A stretch of DNA of 64,000 nucleotides from Chara braunii. Taxonomy: Eukaryota > Plantae > Charophyceae. Position 1 is the stretch's first letter. Each line of letters starts with the position of its first letter. Position numbers and translations under genes: made by a program. The notes under the pieces were generated by a model, which had not been told where the DNA came from, ran no database searches, and saw nothing but the letters and a program-made list of their open reading frames with translations. Shown here piece after piece: positions 43,504-57,456 of this stretch. Location of the stretch: NCBI GenBank assembly GCA_003427395.1, contig BFEA01000023.1, forward strand, positions 5,328,258 to 5,392,257, in the 5' to 3' direction.

Positions 43504-46500
43504 CGACGCATAGGAGAGAAAAAGAACAGGTAGTGATGTAGAATGAAGAGAGAGGAGACATCCCCCCAGCGTGGCAGGGATTCTGGAGATGGGAGGGGAG
43601 GATGACCAAGAAAGGATAAATTGACGGAAGAGGGGGGAGGGGAGAATGGCATGAAAATACAAGAAGAGAAATTGCAGAGGGAGAGGGAGAGGGAGAGAAG
43701 TGACAGGAGCGTGGAACAAAGACACGAAGGGAGAAATTACAGAAAGACTTACAGCGAGAGCAAGCAGAAGAGATGAAGAATGCCCAGACAGCCGTGCGGG
43801 TTGGCGTCGTTTGAAGGAGAGAGAGGTACAGACGGAACAACCAAGGTGACGAGTTCAAAGGAGAAGAATTGAAGGAGCAAAAGTGATAGAAAGATATGGA
43901 GAGGGAGAGAGGGCGAAAGAAACAATACCTCCTACGACAGTAAAGAGACAAACAACGACAGAGAAAAGCCAGAGACGCGAAGACCGAGATAGGAAGACAG
44001 AGTGTGAGGGACACAGAGAGACTGGCACGCGCAGATAGAACCAGTGCAGCCCGCAGGCGAGAAGGAATCACAGAACGCCGAGGAAGTGATGTGCCTGCGC
44101 GAGTCGTACATGAATTTTCCGCCAAATCTCTAGCGAGGTCACTACACAAGGTTGGGACGCGAGCGCGGCATTTAATACACGCGCAATGGCAGGAGCGCGG
44201 CATTTGTCCAGGCTCTCTAAAGCCTGCGCTGCTCGCGCTTACACACGTGAATGGGATTATTCAGGGCGGCGAAGACGCAAGAGGCCGGTGAATAGCATGG
44301 CGACAGTTCAATGAATACCGCAGCAGCATAGATGGAAAGCTGAGAGCGCGGACATGACGAATTTGACGATAGACAATTGCGCTTGTCACGTTTTCTGAGA
44401 GTTTTTTTGATGTGGGTACACCATTTTTCGCAACATACTGGAATTTTGGCACCAGTCTCGATGAATTTGTCTACGACATACAAAAGGGATGGTTTCATTG
44501 TGTCTTAGACTCTTAGAGTAGTAGAGAGAGAGGCTGTCCACGTGTCGTGCACTTAGAGTTTAGCTCTCCATGTTTCAGTTCTCGCGTTTATGAGAGAGGA
44601 AAATTAACGGGGGAGAAGGAACATAAAAGAAAAAGACAAGAGGGAGCAGAGAGAGAAAGGGCGATGAGAGAAGGGGGTGAAGGAGGAGATGGCAGGATGG
44701 GGTTGAGGATGGGTTGATGGGTGCACCTCTACAGGTGGGTTGGGCAGATGATGGATGAATCCCTGATCGTGGAACAGGCTGGAGAAGGACGACGACATGG
44801 TGACGGCAGGTGTGTTCCTCCGCCAGTCTCCCCGTGATTGCCCCGATCAAAGAAACGCCCCTTCCTCCTTCGTAAATCGCTCTGCCTGTCATACAACCCC
44901 CCTCCTACGCACCAGCCGCTGCGCTTGGCCCTGACGCCCTGCTGTACACGTACACCATTTAAACCCCTCGGGAATGACGAGAGGAGGCTAATGATTAACT
45001 AAAATAAATCATCCGCGAACGCGGTCACTTCTTCTTCCTCGCTTCTGCGTGGGCCACGTCGCCCACACCCGACACCTAACACCCCCGGAAGCACACTGGT
45101 TCTTTTCCGTCTCCCTTTGCTGAGCTTGACCACCAAGCGCCACACACCTGGAACGTCGAACGTCGCGACGCAGAAGAAACGTCGACGATGGGCCAAGCAA
45201 ATGCTCGCGAAACAGGCCGGCCGAGCGGAGGGGAGCGGAGCACGCGGGAGAGAGAGGAGAATGAGGGAGGGAGAAAGGGAGAGAGCAGGAGGGGAGGGGC
45301 AAGACAGGGCAGGGGCGAGTGCGAAGGAGGGCGAGCGAACGCAAAGCTACCCGCGTGACCGGGGTCAGCGGCCCCTCAGACAGGCCCACTACCAACCAAA
45401 GTGCCCCCCTCAGCACCTTTCCCCGAGCGGCGTGGCTCCGCAAAAGGGGCTCCCCTTCCCCATCCCTTCAACCCCCCCCCCGTCGCCAGCCAAATCCGAT
45501 TCCCCCCACCCACCTCCTCGCGCTCCTTCAGCGCAGTCGTTGAGAGACCCGCGATGGGCCCCTTAGCATTCCCCGCGGAACCGAAATGTGGCCTCGTTTC
45601 CTCAGCAGCGCGCTGGGACGCGCTGGATCATTGCATCGCAGCAAACGCCTGTTCGCGCGTTGAGTCGCGCGCACGCACCGCGCGCGCAAGGCCGCGGCCA
45701 CGAAGGTTACCGCTACCGCACTGCGGTGTCTGTGTGTGGCACCCGCGAACGCGGAAAAAAGCAAAAGCCAGCGCAAAATTGAAAATTGAAAAAAAGTGAA
45801 GCGCAGCGGACAAACGCGCGTGAAGAAAAAAACAAAAACGACGACCGAAAGTCACGAAAGCAGCAGAAGAGCGCAAAGGACAGCAGCAGGACCAGATCGC
45901 ACTCCTCCCGCCCGCGCGGCCGGAAAACGCAAGCCGTGACAAGGCGACGACAGAAGGCGAGGGATCGAGGCATCCCATGGCCGTACGGCGGTCTGACCCC
46001 AGGCGAATCTTATCGCCTATTGGTGCACTGTTTGGATGGAAGACCTCATAATTACCGAAGGAAAAAATAAAAGGCAATAATTACTCCCCGCCGAAAAGAA
46101 CGACGGGAAACGAAAAAAGAATAGAAAACCAGAAAAAAGATGCAGAAAAAGGCAAGAAGAAATAAAACCAGAAAAAAACACAGCGACGGAAAAAAGCGAC
46201 AACAAAAGCAGAGGCTTCCGCCTTGGGGACTGTTCGCAGGACTCGTAGGGGCCGTGAACTGGAAAGAGCAGTCGACCCCTCTTGGCCTATCATTGGGTGT
46301 TGGGTGGGTGCTTGCAGCCTGCCTCCCAACGTTGCGGGGCGGGGGCGGGGGAGATGAGCTGGGCAGACGGTTCTCGTCCCCGCTGGCGTCTCTGTTGGCG
46401 TTGGTGGTCGTCCTCCTTGGTGTTGGAAGTCCTTTTTGGATGGACCTTCCCGCCGCTTTGCCAGGCCTTTTTTTTTTTTTTTTTTTCCGTTTGCTGCGTC

Positions 46501-47111
46501 TCCGGGTAAACGACCCAGCGGAGAGGGAGGGCGACCCACGTCGTCGCTGCTACTTGTCGTTTGTCGTCTCCTAAGGCACGCCCGCTGCAGGTACGGAGGC
46601 TTCCCGTCGAAATTGAAAGGATGCGTAAGAGCACTTTCCCGGCTGCCATAACCTCACCGTAAGCTCTTGATGACATGCCTGCGCTCTGGGTATCAACTGC
46701 CATTGACGATATCTCCTGGACTGGACAATTTTATTACCGGACGTTCCAAGGCAGGCAATGGTTTGAACTTCCTGCCGGCAGTCTGAGCAGTCTGATAACA
46801 TCTACCATGAAGCTGCTGAGAGTCGGGGCAGTGCTATTACTAACAGCGACCAGGTCCTCCCTCTCGGTATGGTCATGTGACCATACCGGAATCAATACGA
46901 TCGTACATAACAACGGCCGCGCCATAACCGGCTCACTGCCGATGTCCTCTCTTTTTCTGTTCTCTCCGGGGGCAAGGTCCCACGGACGCACGGATTACGA
47001 GATTTTGACCGCTGATCTGCGCTATCTACGGTCAATATCTCTTAATTCGTGTAAGTGGGACCTAGCCCCAGAGAATTCCGTCTCTGCCCTGTTCAAAGAT
47101 GGGAATTATCC

Positions 47112-47183
47112 GGCAGCCTAGCTCAGTTGGTAAGGCACGAAGTGGTATTCAGGAGGTCTTCAGTTCAATCCCGGTTGGCCTCA
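47112..47183 (+). pseudogene. Degenerate tRNA or tRNA-derived SINE head
   Basis: A box TAGCTCAGTTGG and B box GTTCAATCC at tRNA spacing; partial acceptor stem; anticodon and T stems broken. Confidence 0.6.
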
Positions 47184-50089
47184 TGTATGTTCCCTTTTCT
47201 TTTCTTAGAAAAGGGACAGATTTTTTTATAAAAGCCGGGAACCGGGCCCGGCATCCCTTACAAAGTGAGGTGGGCCCTCAGTGTGCAAGGCATCACCGGC
47301 CAAGCACATCGCACCACTAGATTTCACCGCACAGCCAACTCCACAACCAACTCCGCAGCCCCAACAACTGAATAGTCAACGAAAATTATCATCAAATCTA
47401 AGTTCATCACCAACTAATCACAACAGTCGTGACAACCCTAATGATACTCAACACCAGTAACAAAATCGTCCATCCTTTGTTAAACACCAGACCCTGCATA
47501 TCCGGCCTACCTCCCGCGCGGCAGGGTTCTGGGTCGCCGGCCCCCCAACCGCAGACTCAGACCCCGCAAAGACCCACCCACCTCCTCGCGATTTAGAGCA
47601 GTTCGCACCACCACCGACATTCACCAACCAAATCCCGCGTTGGGGTTCCACATGGTGACGTCCGTTGTGACTCATCTTGCAAACACAGGGGTGGACGATT
47701 GGACGCATCCGGGGTCGGCTAGGCCTGGCCTGCGTCGGGATCTGGGCACACGTGCATCTGTGTGGTGCATGGCTTTGGTGGGCTTCACTGTTCGTGACGA
47801 ACCCGTCTCGCTGGTGGGTTGAAGGGGCGCAGTTGCTCCACGTCATGACGTCCGTAGCAACTTATCTTGCAACACTGGACAGTTTCCTGAAGATCAGAGA
47901 AGAGCTACTTTGATCTTGTTGCTTGCCGTGTTAGGCGAGCGCGTTCGCTGTTTTCTGTGCGTTTTGTGTGTATAGATAGTTTTGTAGGTCTTTTAGGCGT
48001 TTGTTTAGCTGAGTTAGGCAAGCGCTTTCAAATTTCAAGTTCTCATGTTGGTACCATGTTGGAATTTCGATTCCTTATAGTCAGAGATATGGCTCGACCG
48101 AATAAGGGGAGTAAAGACAAAGAAAGAGTAGTAAGCACACAAATAGATCTGAGAACCAAAACCGGCAATCCGTCGTTGACTTAGCTTCCAAGAGGATACG
48201 AGGAGGACTCGAAGATCTGAGGTGCGCAAGCCTTCGGCTTTCTGACTATGGCCCCAGACCATACAACCTCTCGTACCTATACACCTTCCTTACCTTGGCA
48301 CTCCTGGCCACCACATACCAACCTCCACACCACAGCAATCGTCGCCCCACCAACTCACCTTCTACACCGACTTGCGCAAATCCCGCAGTCTGTCACGGCC
48401 ACCTGGCACACCGCCTTGCAAAACTACAGTCAGCTCGTCAAGACTTTTCGACCTGCCGTGCATTCCCATCACCTAGCCACGACTTCCCAAAAGTTGGCAG
48501 ATGGGTTGAGAGAGAGTTTTTCGAGAGCGGTTGCGGGTTTTATAGTTGCAAGCAGGGGAACAAAAGAGGGAGAAGCATGGGACAGGGAGGGGTGAAGGGG
48601 AAGTTTGAGATGATCGTCCGTGGAAAGCCATATAGATCCCGCAGGCTCTTCGCGCAGCCAATCAGATTACTTCGTGCAAGGGGAAATTCTCCTTACACAA
48701 CGTCGATCGGCGGCTTCGATTGCTTGGGAGGGGATCGGTAGGGAGTTCTGGTATGGGGATGCAAGCGGAAAGAAGACGAGCGCGAAAAGTAGCACAGAGC
48801 GAGTCCAAGATTCAGACGAGGAGGAGTGGGGGTGAAGCACGAAAGAGAGAGGGGAGGGAAAACAGTTACAAACGAAGGGAAGAAGGCGCGAAGGGGAGGA
48901 GAGCGAAGATGGTACGGGTTTTATCGGGAGGCGGGGAAGCTTGCAGGTACGGCGCTAGTGCCTAAGAGAGACAACCATCAAAACAATTGCGTTTCATCCT
49001 AAAGCTATTTCAAGAATACGAAATTCAAATGTTATACAAGCGTGCGGGATTAAGCGCGCAAAAATCCTACGTCTATCCAATTGCTTCCTGAAAATTCACA
49101 GATCTTTCAAGGGTGGGTAAGAGAAGTTCTCAATGCAATAAATGACGCGTCAACGAAAAAGACGTCCGTAAATCTCGGGATTCCCAACCGTTGAACAAAA
49201 TTCTTAGCGCGCTCTCTAAGGCGCGCGTAATTCCATCGTAAGTTCACGAATTCTGGAAGAAAATTACAAAAAAAAAAACGTCGACTTGGATTCGAGAGGG
49301 TCTGGGCGATAAGTTCATACCTTGGGAATATAGGAAAGGAAGGGGGGGGGGTCAAACTTAACAAAATTTGGGGGCTTTAGAAGATAGTTCAGATACAGGA
49401 GCTCGTACATCACATGTGGGCCTGGGCCTGCGCCGTTCGAGATCAAATTTCAAGGACCTGAGAAAGCATGCCGTTCCAAAAATTTGAGGACCACAGCCAC
49501 TTACCGGTCCTTCACATAATGCGGGGTTCCTAGGAAAATACCACTGGCAACTACCAGTCATGCGTTTGCTTGAATTGAACCCCCCCCCCCCCCCCAAATG
49601 GCCATGCCTTTCATTTTACCAGCCTTTCAATGACCAATGAGCCCGAGTGAACGACCGGTATAACCAAAGACAACGAAATTGCCTCAAAGGGAAAAAATGC
49701 AACCCTGATAGGCTGCAAACATGAAAAACGGTCAATGGGAATCGCATGGGCAGAGGAGGGTCAAGGTTTGCATGGCCAAATTGCAGTTGTACCCAACTAC
49801 TGGAATGGTAATATTATGGAGATACCCAGACAAATAATGTGCATACCCAATTTTGTCCGGCTGCTTTTAGTGTTTGTAGCCCATTGGGAATGCATTACAC
49901 ACCGTGGGCAAATTTCCTCAAACCGCCATTACCTTTCCCCGCTAAAAAAAAAATTATGTCGCGATTGACACAAAAAGTCGAAGAAGGGAGCGCCAAGTCG
50001 GTATCGAACAACCGGGGAAATAAAATGAACCCAAGCAGGGAAAAAAAAATAGTAAAGAAAAGAAAAAGAAACGAAAGAAACGACACGGG

Positions 50090-50091
50090 GG

Positions 50092-50161
<70 letters not shown>

Positions 50162-50246
50162 GAGAGTGTCCCGACAAGCGAGTTCGAACTCACTTGTCGG
50201 GACGCTCTCTCTCTCTCTTTCTCTCTTTCTCTCTCTCTCTCCCTCC

Positions 50247-50280
<34 letters not shown>
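50090..50280. repeat. Near-perfect 50-bp palindrome (50161-50210) joining (GA)n and (CT)n arms
   Basis: agagagtgtcccgacaagcgagttc|gaactcacttgtcgggacgctctct. Confidence 0.85.
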
Positions 50281-53200
50281 TTGTAACTGGAACTGAAACT
50301 GGAACTGGAACTGGGATCTCTAGCGTTGTGTCCAACAAGGTAATTAAAGGTGGGTCAATGAAGCCATCTGTTAGAGGGGGAGGTTAGGAGGGTGATATCG
50401 CGGGTCACTCGGGGGGTATAAAGGAAACCGCCTAAGAGAAGGGAAACAAGACAAACCGGTTGGGGGATCAATCTACGGTACAGTCGTCATTGTTTCGACT
50501 CTTTCCACAGTCAAAGACTCTAAGGTATGCGCAGGGTCACGTAGTTCTGTCAGGCTTCACTTACACACTTTGTAGAGTTCGAAGTCGAAGGTGGATGCCC
50601 CCAATCGAGTGCGTCAAACCTGATTATCCACATTACTGCACACGATGCAGGCAAAGTCGAGCCGCCTGAAGTGATGCTCATGCTTACACTCATAGCACGA
50701 GGGCGACCGCCAAAAGGGTGTGATGGTCATCCAAGGGATTACAGTCGTCTCTTGATAAGGCAAAGGCAATGAGTATGGGGGAAATTCAGTTTCTACGATG
50801 ATAAACCCTGAGCTATTGAGCGTGGAGAAATAGGTATCGCCAGGGAAGAAACACAATCGATAAATTCATGTCGCTTTTTCACTTACATCCCTCTCAAAGA
50901 CCTTTCGCCTTTGGTCATGATATGAGAAAGGCAGAGGGTTCTCGTTGGTCAAAGAGGAGTAGCGGGATGAAGGTGATTCGAATATATAAAATTATTGTAA
51001 GAAATTCCTCATCGTGGTCAAAAGGAGGGAAAGAAAGGGAGGGGAAAAAACAACATAATTCGTCAAGTACGGTGTCGGAACAACAACTCTTATAATGGTA
51101 TTTGGTCGTGATTATTAATGTCAGAAGATATCCGATTGATTGCAAATTTTTTTAGATAGGTTGACTTTATGAGGTTGAGACGTCTGCCAAAGAGCTTACT
51201 CAAACCAAACCTAGGATGGAAAGACTAAAACTTTTTTTTTAACCTAAGCTCGGACACTTGTCGACGTCCAGAAGTGACAGGTGGTGATCGGCAGTGTGAC
51301 CAGTTGTATTCCGCTTTTGGTAGAGTCGCAGGGATGCACGACCGATGAAATACTAAATTTAAACCTGCCCTATTTAAAATAAGTAGAGTTGCATGATTCA
51401 AAGCCTAAATGGCTAAAAAGGGTGATTGTATCACTTGTGCAACCATGGCGTAGAAAACCCAAGTTATTAAGCTTATGTTTGCCTTTGTCGGGGCCTGAAC
51501 CCGCTTTTAAGTGGTAAAGGGTCATCGTTTTACCCAATCAGGTTGGACACGCATTCGATTTAGGGATGGGTGGCCAGCCTGATGAAGAGCAGAAGCAAGT
51601 AGGGTCTGCCAAGCCGCGGTCTGACAATCTGTTGAAGGCAAGGTTATTCATATTGAAGGGTTGCTCATTTTTTATGTGAAGTAAGAGTTAGCCCAGTAGC
51701 TAAACACGGTGAACTGCCAAGCGGCTGGATTAGGGATCGAGTCCAATCTACGTCACTTGGCTAACTCCTTTTACCGGAGCGGTCAACAAATCCAAGTATT
51801 AGAGCGTAATCAATTTCAATCGCGCGATCTTTTGATCGCACAGTTGAAATCGATCACGCCGAGATCGACATGGCCCATGCACAAAGATGACACGCATAGT
51901 TTGAAATATATACATATATATATAACCAACAAAAAAAAAGAAAAAAATGGAAAAAAAAATGAAAAAAAAAACGAGAGCGCCAAGTACGCGCAGAAAGTTG
52001 GAACTCTCATTAGTGGAAGGCAGACGCTCGTTCTCATGGGCAGTTGCTGTGTTTCAGGTTATACATTTTATTATTCTTATTTAAAAAAAAAAAAAAAAAA
52101 AGATCCTCTCGTTGTTTTGGGCAACGGACACCCCTCCATGACTTCCCATATGCAAAAAAAATAAATAAAAAATGACAATGTATCTTTCTACATTCTAGGG
52201 GAGGATTCACCCTCGTTTTGCACATTAGGTGAAAAATGGGTAGATGTTCTGAACTTTTAAGGATGGATTCAGACTGGGACCTGTACTCTTAGCAACTTGA
52301 AAGGTTGCTCGTTACCCTGATTCAAGGACCCCAACGACCAACTGTTCCTAAAGCAACAACCTGGGCTCGTATAAAAAGGAAAACGAAAAAAAAAAAAAAA
52401 CACAACAACGAGATAGTGAAAACCTCGTAGGGTTGTTGCCCCTTCAATTGGAACCGAGGCTGGTGGAACCAAAGCTCCCACTCCTTCCATGACATACAAA
52501 TATTTTCTGTTGCATGATTATTGATTTCGTGGCCCAAGTTGCGCCTTCCGGGAACCTGTCCTGTCGCAGGGGACCGAGAGAGGTACGGTTGGCGCACCCG
52601 GCTAGAGCGGCGAGGCGACAACGCAACTACGCCCATTTCGTTGGTTTGTGGGATTACGTACGTGTCGTCTCCAAGTTGTCGCTTCTCTTTTTTAACTCTT
52701 GCGTGACGTGGCCAGGAGGGTTCTTGCCCGAAAAAAAAAACGAGAACTGATACGCTCGGCAACGACAAACTACTTTCATCATCAACTTTATTGGTAATCA
52801 TATTTACATATCTACGAATTATGCGCCAATATCGTTTCATTTATATATGCGCTCGATTGAACTTAAACCATACTTATTATTTTTAAAAGAATGAAAGAAT
52901 CAAGTCATAAACGAACGGGAAAAAAATATTATTTATAAAATAATGAGAGATTCAAGTTATAAACGGAATAAGAAATGAAAGAAAAAAAAAGAACTGCTGC
53001 ATAGAGGTTATGTGTTGATAATTCATCATCACACACCTTATAAAACCCTGTAATTGTCATTCCATTTGACCTGATCAACAAACCCAGTTTGCTTTTATCT
53101 TACAATTTAGCGCATGAAACACTCTAACTATACGTGAGCAACTCCAACTTGTTGGACCTATTACCCACTGACACAAATATACACTGCAACTACCCGACCC

Positions 53201-54003
53201 TTATGACCACACTAACCCCTTAAAAAGTATAGAGAGAGAAAGCCACTAGAGAGGCGTCTAACAAAAAGAGAGGGAAAGGATTGAGGTACAATAAAAATAA
53301 CATATACGAGAAGTCTCATGTGCAGGGGGATAAGTCTTATCAGAAGTAACAACAAGGCAAAGTAATAAGACCTTAGAGCGTGTATTCTCTCATACTCGAC
53401 TAATTAGGAATCTTGGACAAAAACGCTAATTGATTTATAAAAAAATAAAATTCAAACTACGCCTCACTTCTCTAGAGTGCAAATTGTCCTACAAAAATTT
53501 TAAGAAATCAAAATGTTGTTTTATCCATGTTGTTGCGTGAAATGACTCCAACAAAAAACATTTGATAAAAAGCATGTGCGACTTTAATTGAAAAAACATA
53601 ACTAATTTTTTACGCTTGTAGCCTCATACTAAGACATGCTAAAAAATCCGAATATGCAAAAAAATTGAAATACTTAATACACATAGAGTGATTGTCCTTC
53701 TCGGCAGCAAACTGTTTGACCCAACTATAGGGCAAAAAATCTAACGATTACCAAAATTTAGGGACATGTTGCCAATAAATCATAGAATGATACATAGACC
53801 TCACAATGACTCAATACTTAACTCACGCAGAAATGAACATGAGTCACATCTTAGCACATCATATATCTGACAAACATGGGGTTTCAATACATGCAAACTT
53901 TTACTTGCATCAACAACGAACATGGTTGACGTCTTCATGACTACCATCCATTAAAACCTGCAACAAAAATACAGTTAACTACTAGGCTATCAAAGAAGTC
54001 CGG

Positions 54004-54697
54004 GACCACTTGCCCGACCGGGCAAAAGAAAAATGATTTTTTCTTTAAATGCCCTTGAAATTTTCGTTTATTTGCGATTTGTTCCTCCAACGGCCGACTT
54101 ACCCTGATTTTTTCCTGGGGCCTATGAACTTTCATGCAGGCGCATGTCAGAGAGGGGCACAACGTTCCTGAATGCCCTTGCCAGAGCACCTGTTCCATTT
54201 TTCCTACTATCTGTCTGATTTACCCTTCTGGGAGGCATGCATTTTCCTGAGATACCCTTCAGCAGGGAGGCGACAAGAATCCGAGTTCAAACTCTCTAGT
54301 TTTCCATACTGTTGTGCAAACATTCGTTGAGGCAATCCATTGCATTGAAGTTCATTCTTCATTTGTTGCGACCCACCGCATCCTTGGACGTCTGTGGAGT
54401 CCTCCTCCCCTTCATCCATATCTCCCTCTCTCTTTGTCTCTGTCTCTGTCTCTCTCTCCCTCTCTCTCTCTCTTCCTTTGTTTTTCTACAGCGAGTGGAT
54501 TCACGTGTGAGTATGGCCTGGTCCTCCCAACTTGTTGAAAGTGAAAATTCTAAGGCGCAATCCCGACTCTTCCGTTGCTTTCCTGCTGCGAGCGGATTTC
54601 ACGGTTTAGATTGTTGAAAGCACAACTGCCAACTTTCGTACTTGTATTCGGAAATCGTTCTTCCCCTTCCCCCCTTCCCCCCTTTCCCCCTTCCCCC

Positions 54698-54772
<75 letters not shown>

Positions 54773-56131
54773 GAATTGCACAACACTGTATGTCGAGGGA
54801 AATGCAACCCAGATGCATTCGGATAAATCCAACATTGCGCATGTACCGAGACTATTCTGTTTACCATATACATGTAGAATATTTTATACTAAATCCAAAC
54901 CCATTTCTCCATTTTGCAGATTAGGCGAGTATGGGTCGAGGCCTACGACCCATCGAATTCCTACACATCGGTAAAAACGGGTTTATATATACGTTGTGCT
55001 TGACACCTAAGGAATTGACGTTTCTTTGCATATGCTTGCGATGTTGAAGTTTTTCCCCCATCTCAACATATTTTCCTCCATGTCTCTCTCTTCACTTGTC
55101 TTCCCTGCCAAGAGGCTATGGCAAAATTGAGTGGGCTGCCTCACCCATCCTTCCGATGCAATCAAACATTCATGAACCGCCTCCCAGGGCTAGGAGAAAG
55201 GTCGCAACTGCAAGCAATGACCACAAGGGCATACTGAGAAGATGCACAGTACCGATAAGGGCATATGAAAAATTCTTCTGTTGGTACTCAGCGACGATCC
55301 GGTAGGGGCATACTGGAGGCACTGGTATCGCTAGGGGCAAAAACATATTTCAGACCCAAATGACGCCAGAAGTTCTTTGGAAAGTTGAATCACTGTCAGA
55401 GGGGCAAATCAAGATAAGTAGGGTCAAACAACAAATAAATGAAAATTTCGGGGGCATTTTGAAAACTTTCCCTAAAATAAAACAATATATATATATACAG
55501 GGTCACCAGCCCGTACGTACGGACGTCCCCGGGCAGACCTCCGTACGTACGGGCGTTCGGGGTCCCGTACGGGGTCCGAACCCGACGGCATTCGGCCCCC
55601 GCCAAAAATTATTTCAGGGCCTAAAGATAATAATTTTTTTCTGAATTGTTTTTTGTGAGTTCTCTATGACGTGAGGTATATGCCTGTAAATTTTCAAGTT
55701 ATTTGGCTAAGCCAAATAAGAATTAAAAATCACCAAAGATGGCAGTGTCAAAACGTGCTTGCCCACGTATTTTTTCACTTTTTACTTTTTGTTTTCCCTT
55801 TAATTCGGGGTCTAAACAATTTTATTATTTTCTGAAACTTTTTTAGTGGGTTTTGTATTATGTGAAGTACACATCTGTAAATTTTCAGGGCATTTAGCTA
55901 TGCAAAAAAAAAAGAAAAATCGCCAAAGATGGTGGTGTCGAAAACATGCTCTCGCACTCACTAAATTTATTTTATTTATTTATTTTTTAATATTTTTTTT
56001 ATTATTAGTATTTATTTTCTGTATTTTATTTTTATTTCAAATTTGGTAAGGAATTCGGATGTAATGCTTGGGCAAATCTTGTTTAATTTATTTTTTTCCA
56101 TAATATATCTTTTTTCAGATTTTTTTGATGA

Positions 56132-56162
<31 letters not shown>

Positions 56163-56536
56163 CCGTGTTCGGCCCGAACGACCGAACGCATCCCCAAGGG
56201 GTCCCATACGTTCGGGCGTTTGGCCCGTCCCGAACGTCGGTTACCTTGTATATATATATATTAATTAAAATTTTTATTTTAAATTTGGTAAATAATTTTG
56301 ATATGATCTTGGACAAAAGTTGTTCAGTTTATTTTTGTGCATAGCATACTTTTTTTCCGGATGTTTTCTAGGTTACCATTCGGGTCGCCCGGGTCACCTT
56401 GTTTTTGCAGGCGGCCCGACCATGCGAGGACCAGGCATGGTTCCAGAATAATAAAAAAAAAGAATCCAAAAAATCCAAAAAAAACTATATTGTGCAGAAA
56501 AATAAACTGAACAACTTTTATCACAGAGTCACATCC

Positions 56537-56591
<55 letters not shown>

Positions 56592-56623
56592 TTTTTTTTT
56601 TTGACCCGGTCGGGCAAGTGGTC
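54004..56623. mobile_element. Non-autonomous TIR element, about 2.6 kb
   Basis: Perfect 19-bp TIR GACCACTTGCCCGACCGGG at 54004-54022 and 56605-56623; no clear TSD. Confidence 0.6.
55498..56248. mobile_element. Nested TA-flanked element with imperfect TIRs (CAGGGTCACC / GGTTACCTTG)
   Basis: (TA)n on both flanks, GC-rich subterminal repeats and an internal direct repeat of about 85 bp. Confidence 0.45.
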
Positions 56624-57392
56624 ACATGTCTGTTCCAATTCTCTCTAAGACGTGAAATTCAAATGAAGGGGTTTCCAGGAAGGATGTTTAAGAAGACAGC
56701 CGAAAAAAATTCAAAAAAAATTGAGACAATTGGAAAGGATGGGTTCGTATTATTTATCAGGGGCTTGCTCACAACCCATTGCGATACCGGTGCAGTAACG
56801 GGCACTATCTTGATTCCATTGGAGCCAGGGTTCGACAAATTTGATCTACCGAAAAAAAACAATTGCAGTGAATTAGCTCAGATTATCGCCCCGGTATCAG
56901 ACATATTTATGACTGCTCCTCATTTAACTTTTCTACTTTCATCGTAGATGATGACAACAGGATTATGGTTGCTCCATAGCTTACCTCGCCAACATATTGA
57001 ACGTGTTCTCTCACCTCATCTAAAACCTGTTACTTGGAACACTGAACTTTTTATTTTTCCTACTGCTGGTTCTGTGGACATGACTCTTCTACATCATTTT
57101 TTTTCTTTTTTTTTGCCTCTCCCTTCACTCACTATGAGTCCAGATTCAAACTACCTCTCTCCCTCTCTACCTGATCTCATCTACATCGTTTTTTGTTTTT
57201 TGTTTTTCTCGCCTCTCCCTTCACTCACTATGAGTTTAAATTCAGACTCTACATCTCTCTGTCTCATCCTCGCACCCTCCACTTTTCCTATTCCCTCTCT
57301 CTCTCTCCCCCATAGGGTTACCTGAATAATCGGGCATCGACGAATTTACATTTGGATATATATAAACCAATCTGCAAGAAGGTAGATAGCAT

Positions 57393-57456
57393 AAAGTTTT
57401 CTTCTCCCCTGATGTTGGCTGCACCAGTAACGCAGCCGAAACATATCGAGAGCTTT
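57393..57456 (+). ncRNA. Degenerate type I minimal hammerhead ribozyme
   Basis: CTCCC-CTGATG(T)T-GGCTGC[ACCAGTAAC]GCAGCC-GAAAC-ATATC-GAGAG. Confidence 0.62.

Noticed and set aside
41967-44203. Long minus-strand ORFs of 382 and 339 aa
   Set aside because: They are Leu/Ser/Phe/Pro-rich by-products of CT-rich, stop-poor sequence and show no domains.
50700-51150. Decayed PLE RT on the minus strand (VLDEL..FL)
   Set aside because: The resemblance is too weak to support without a profile search.
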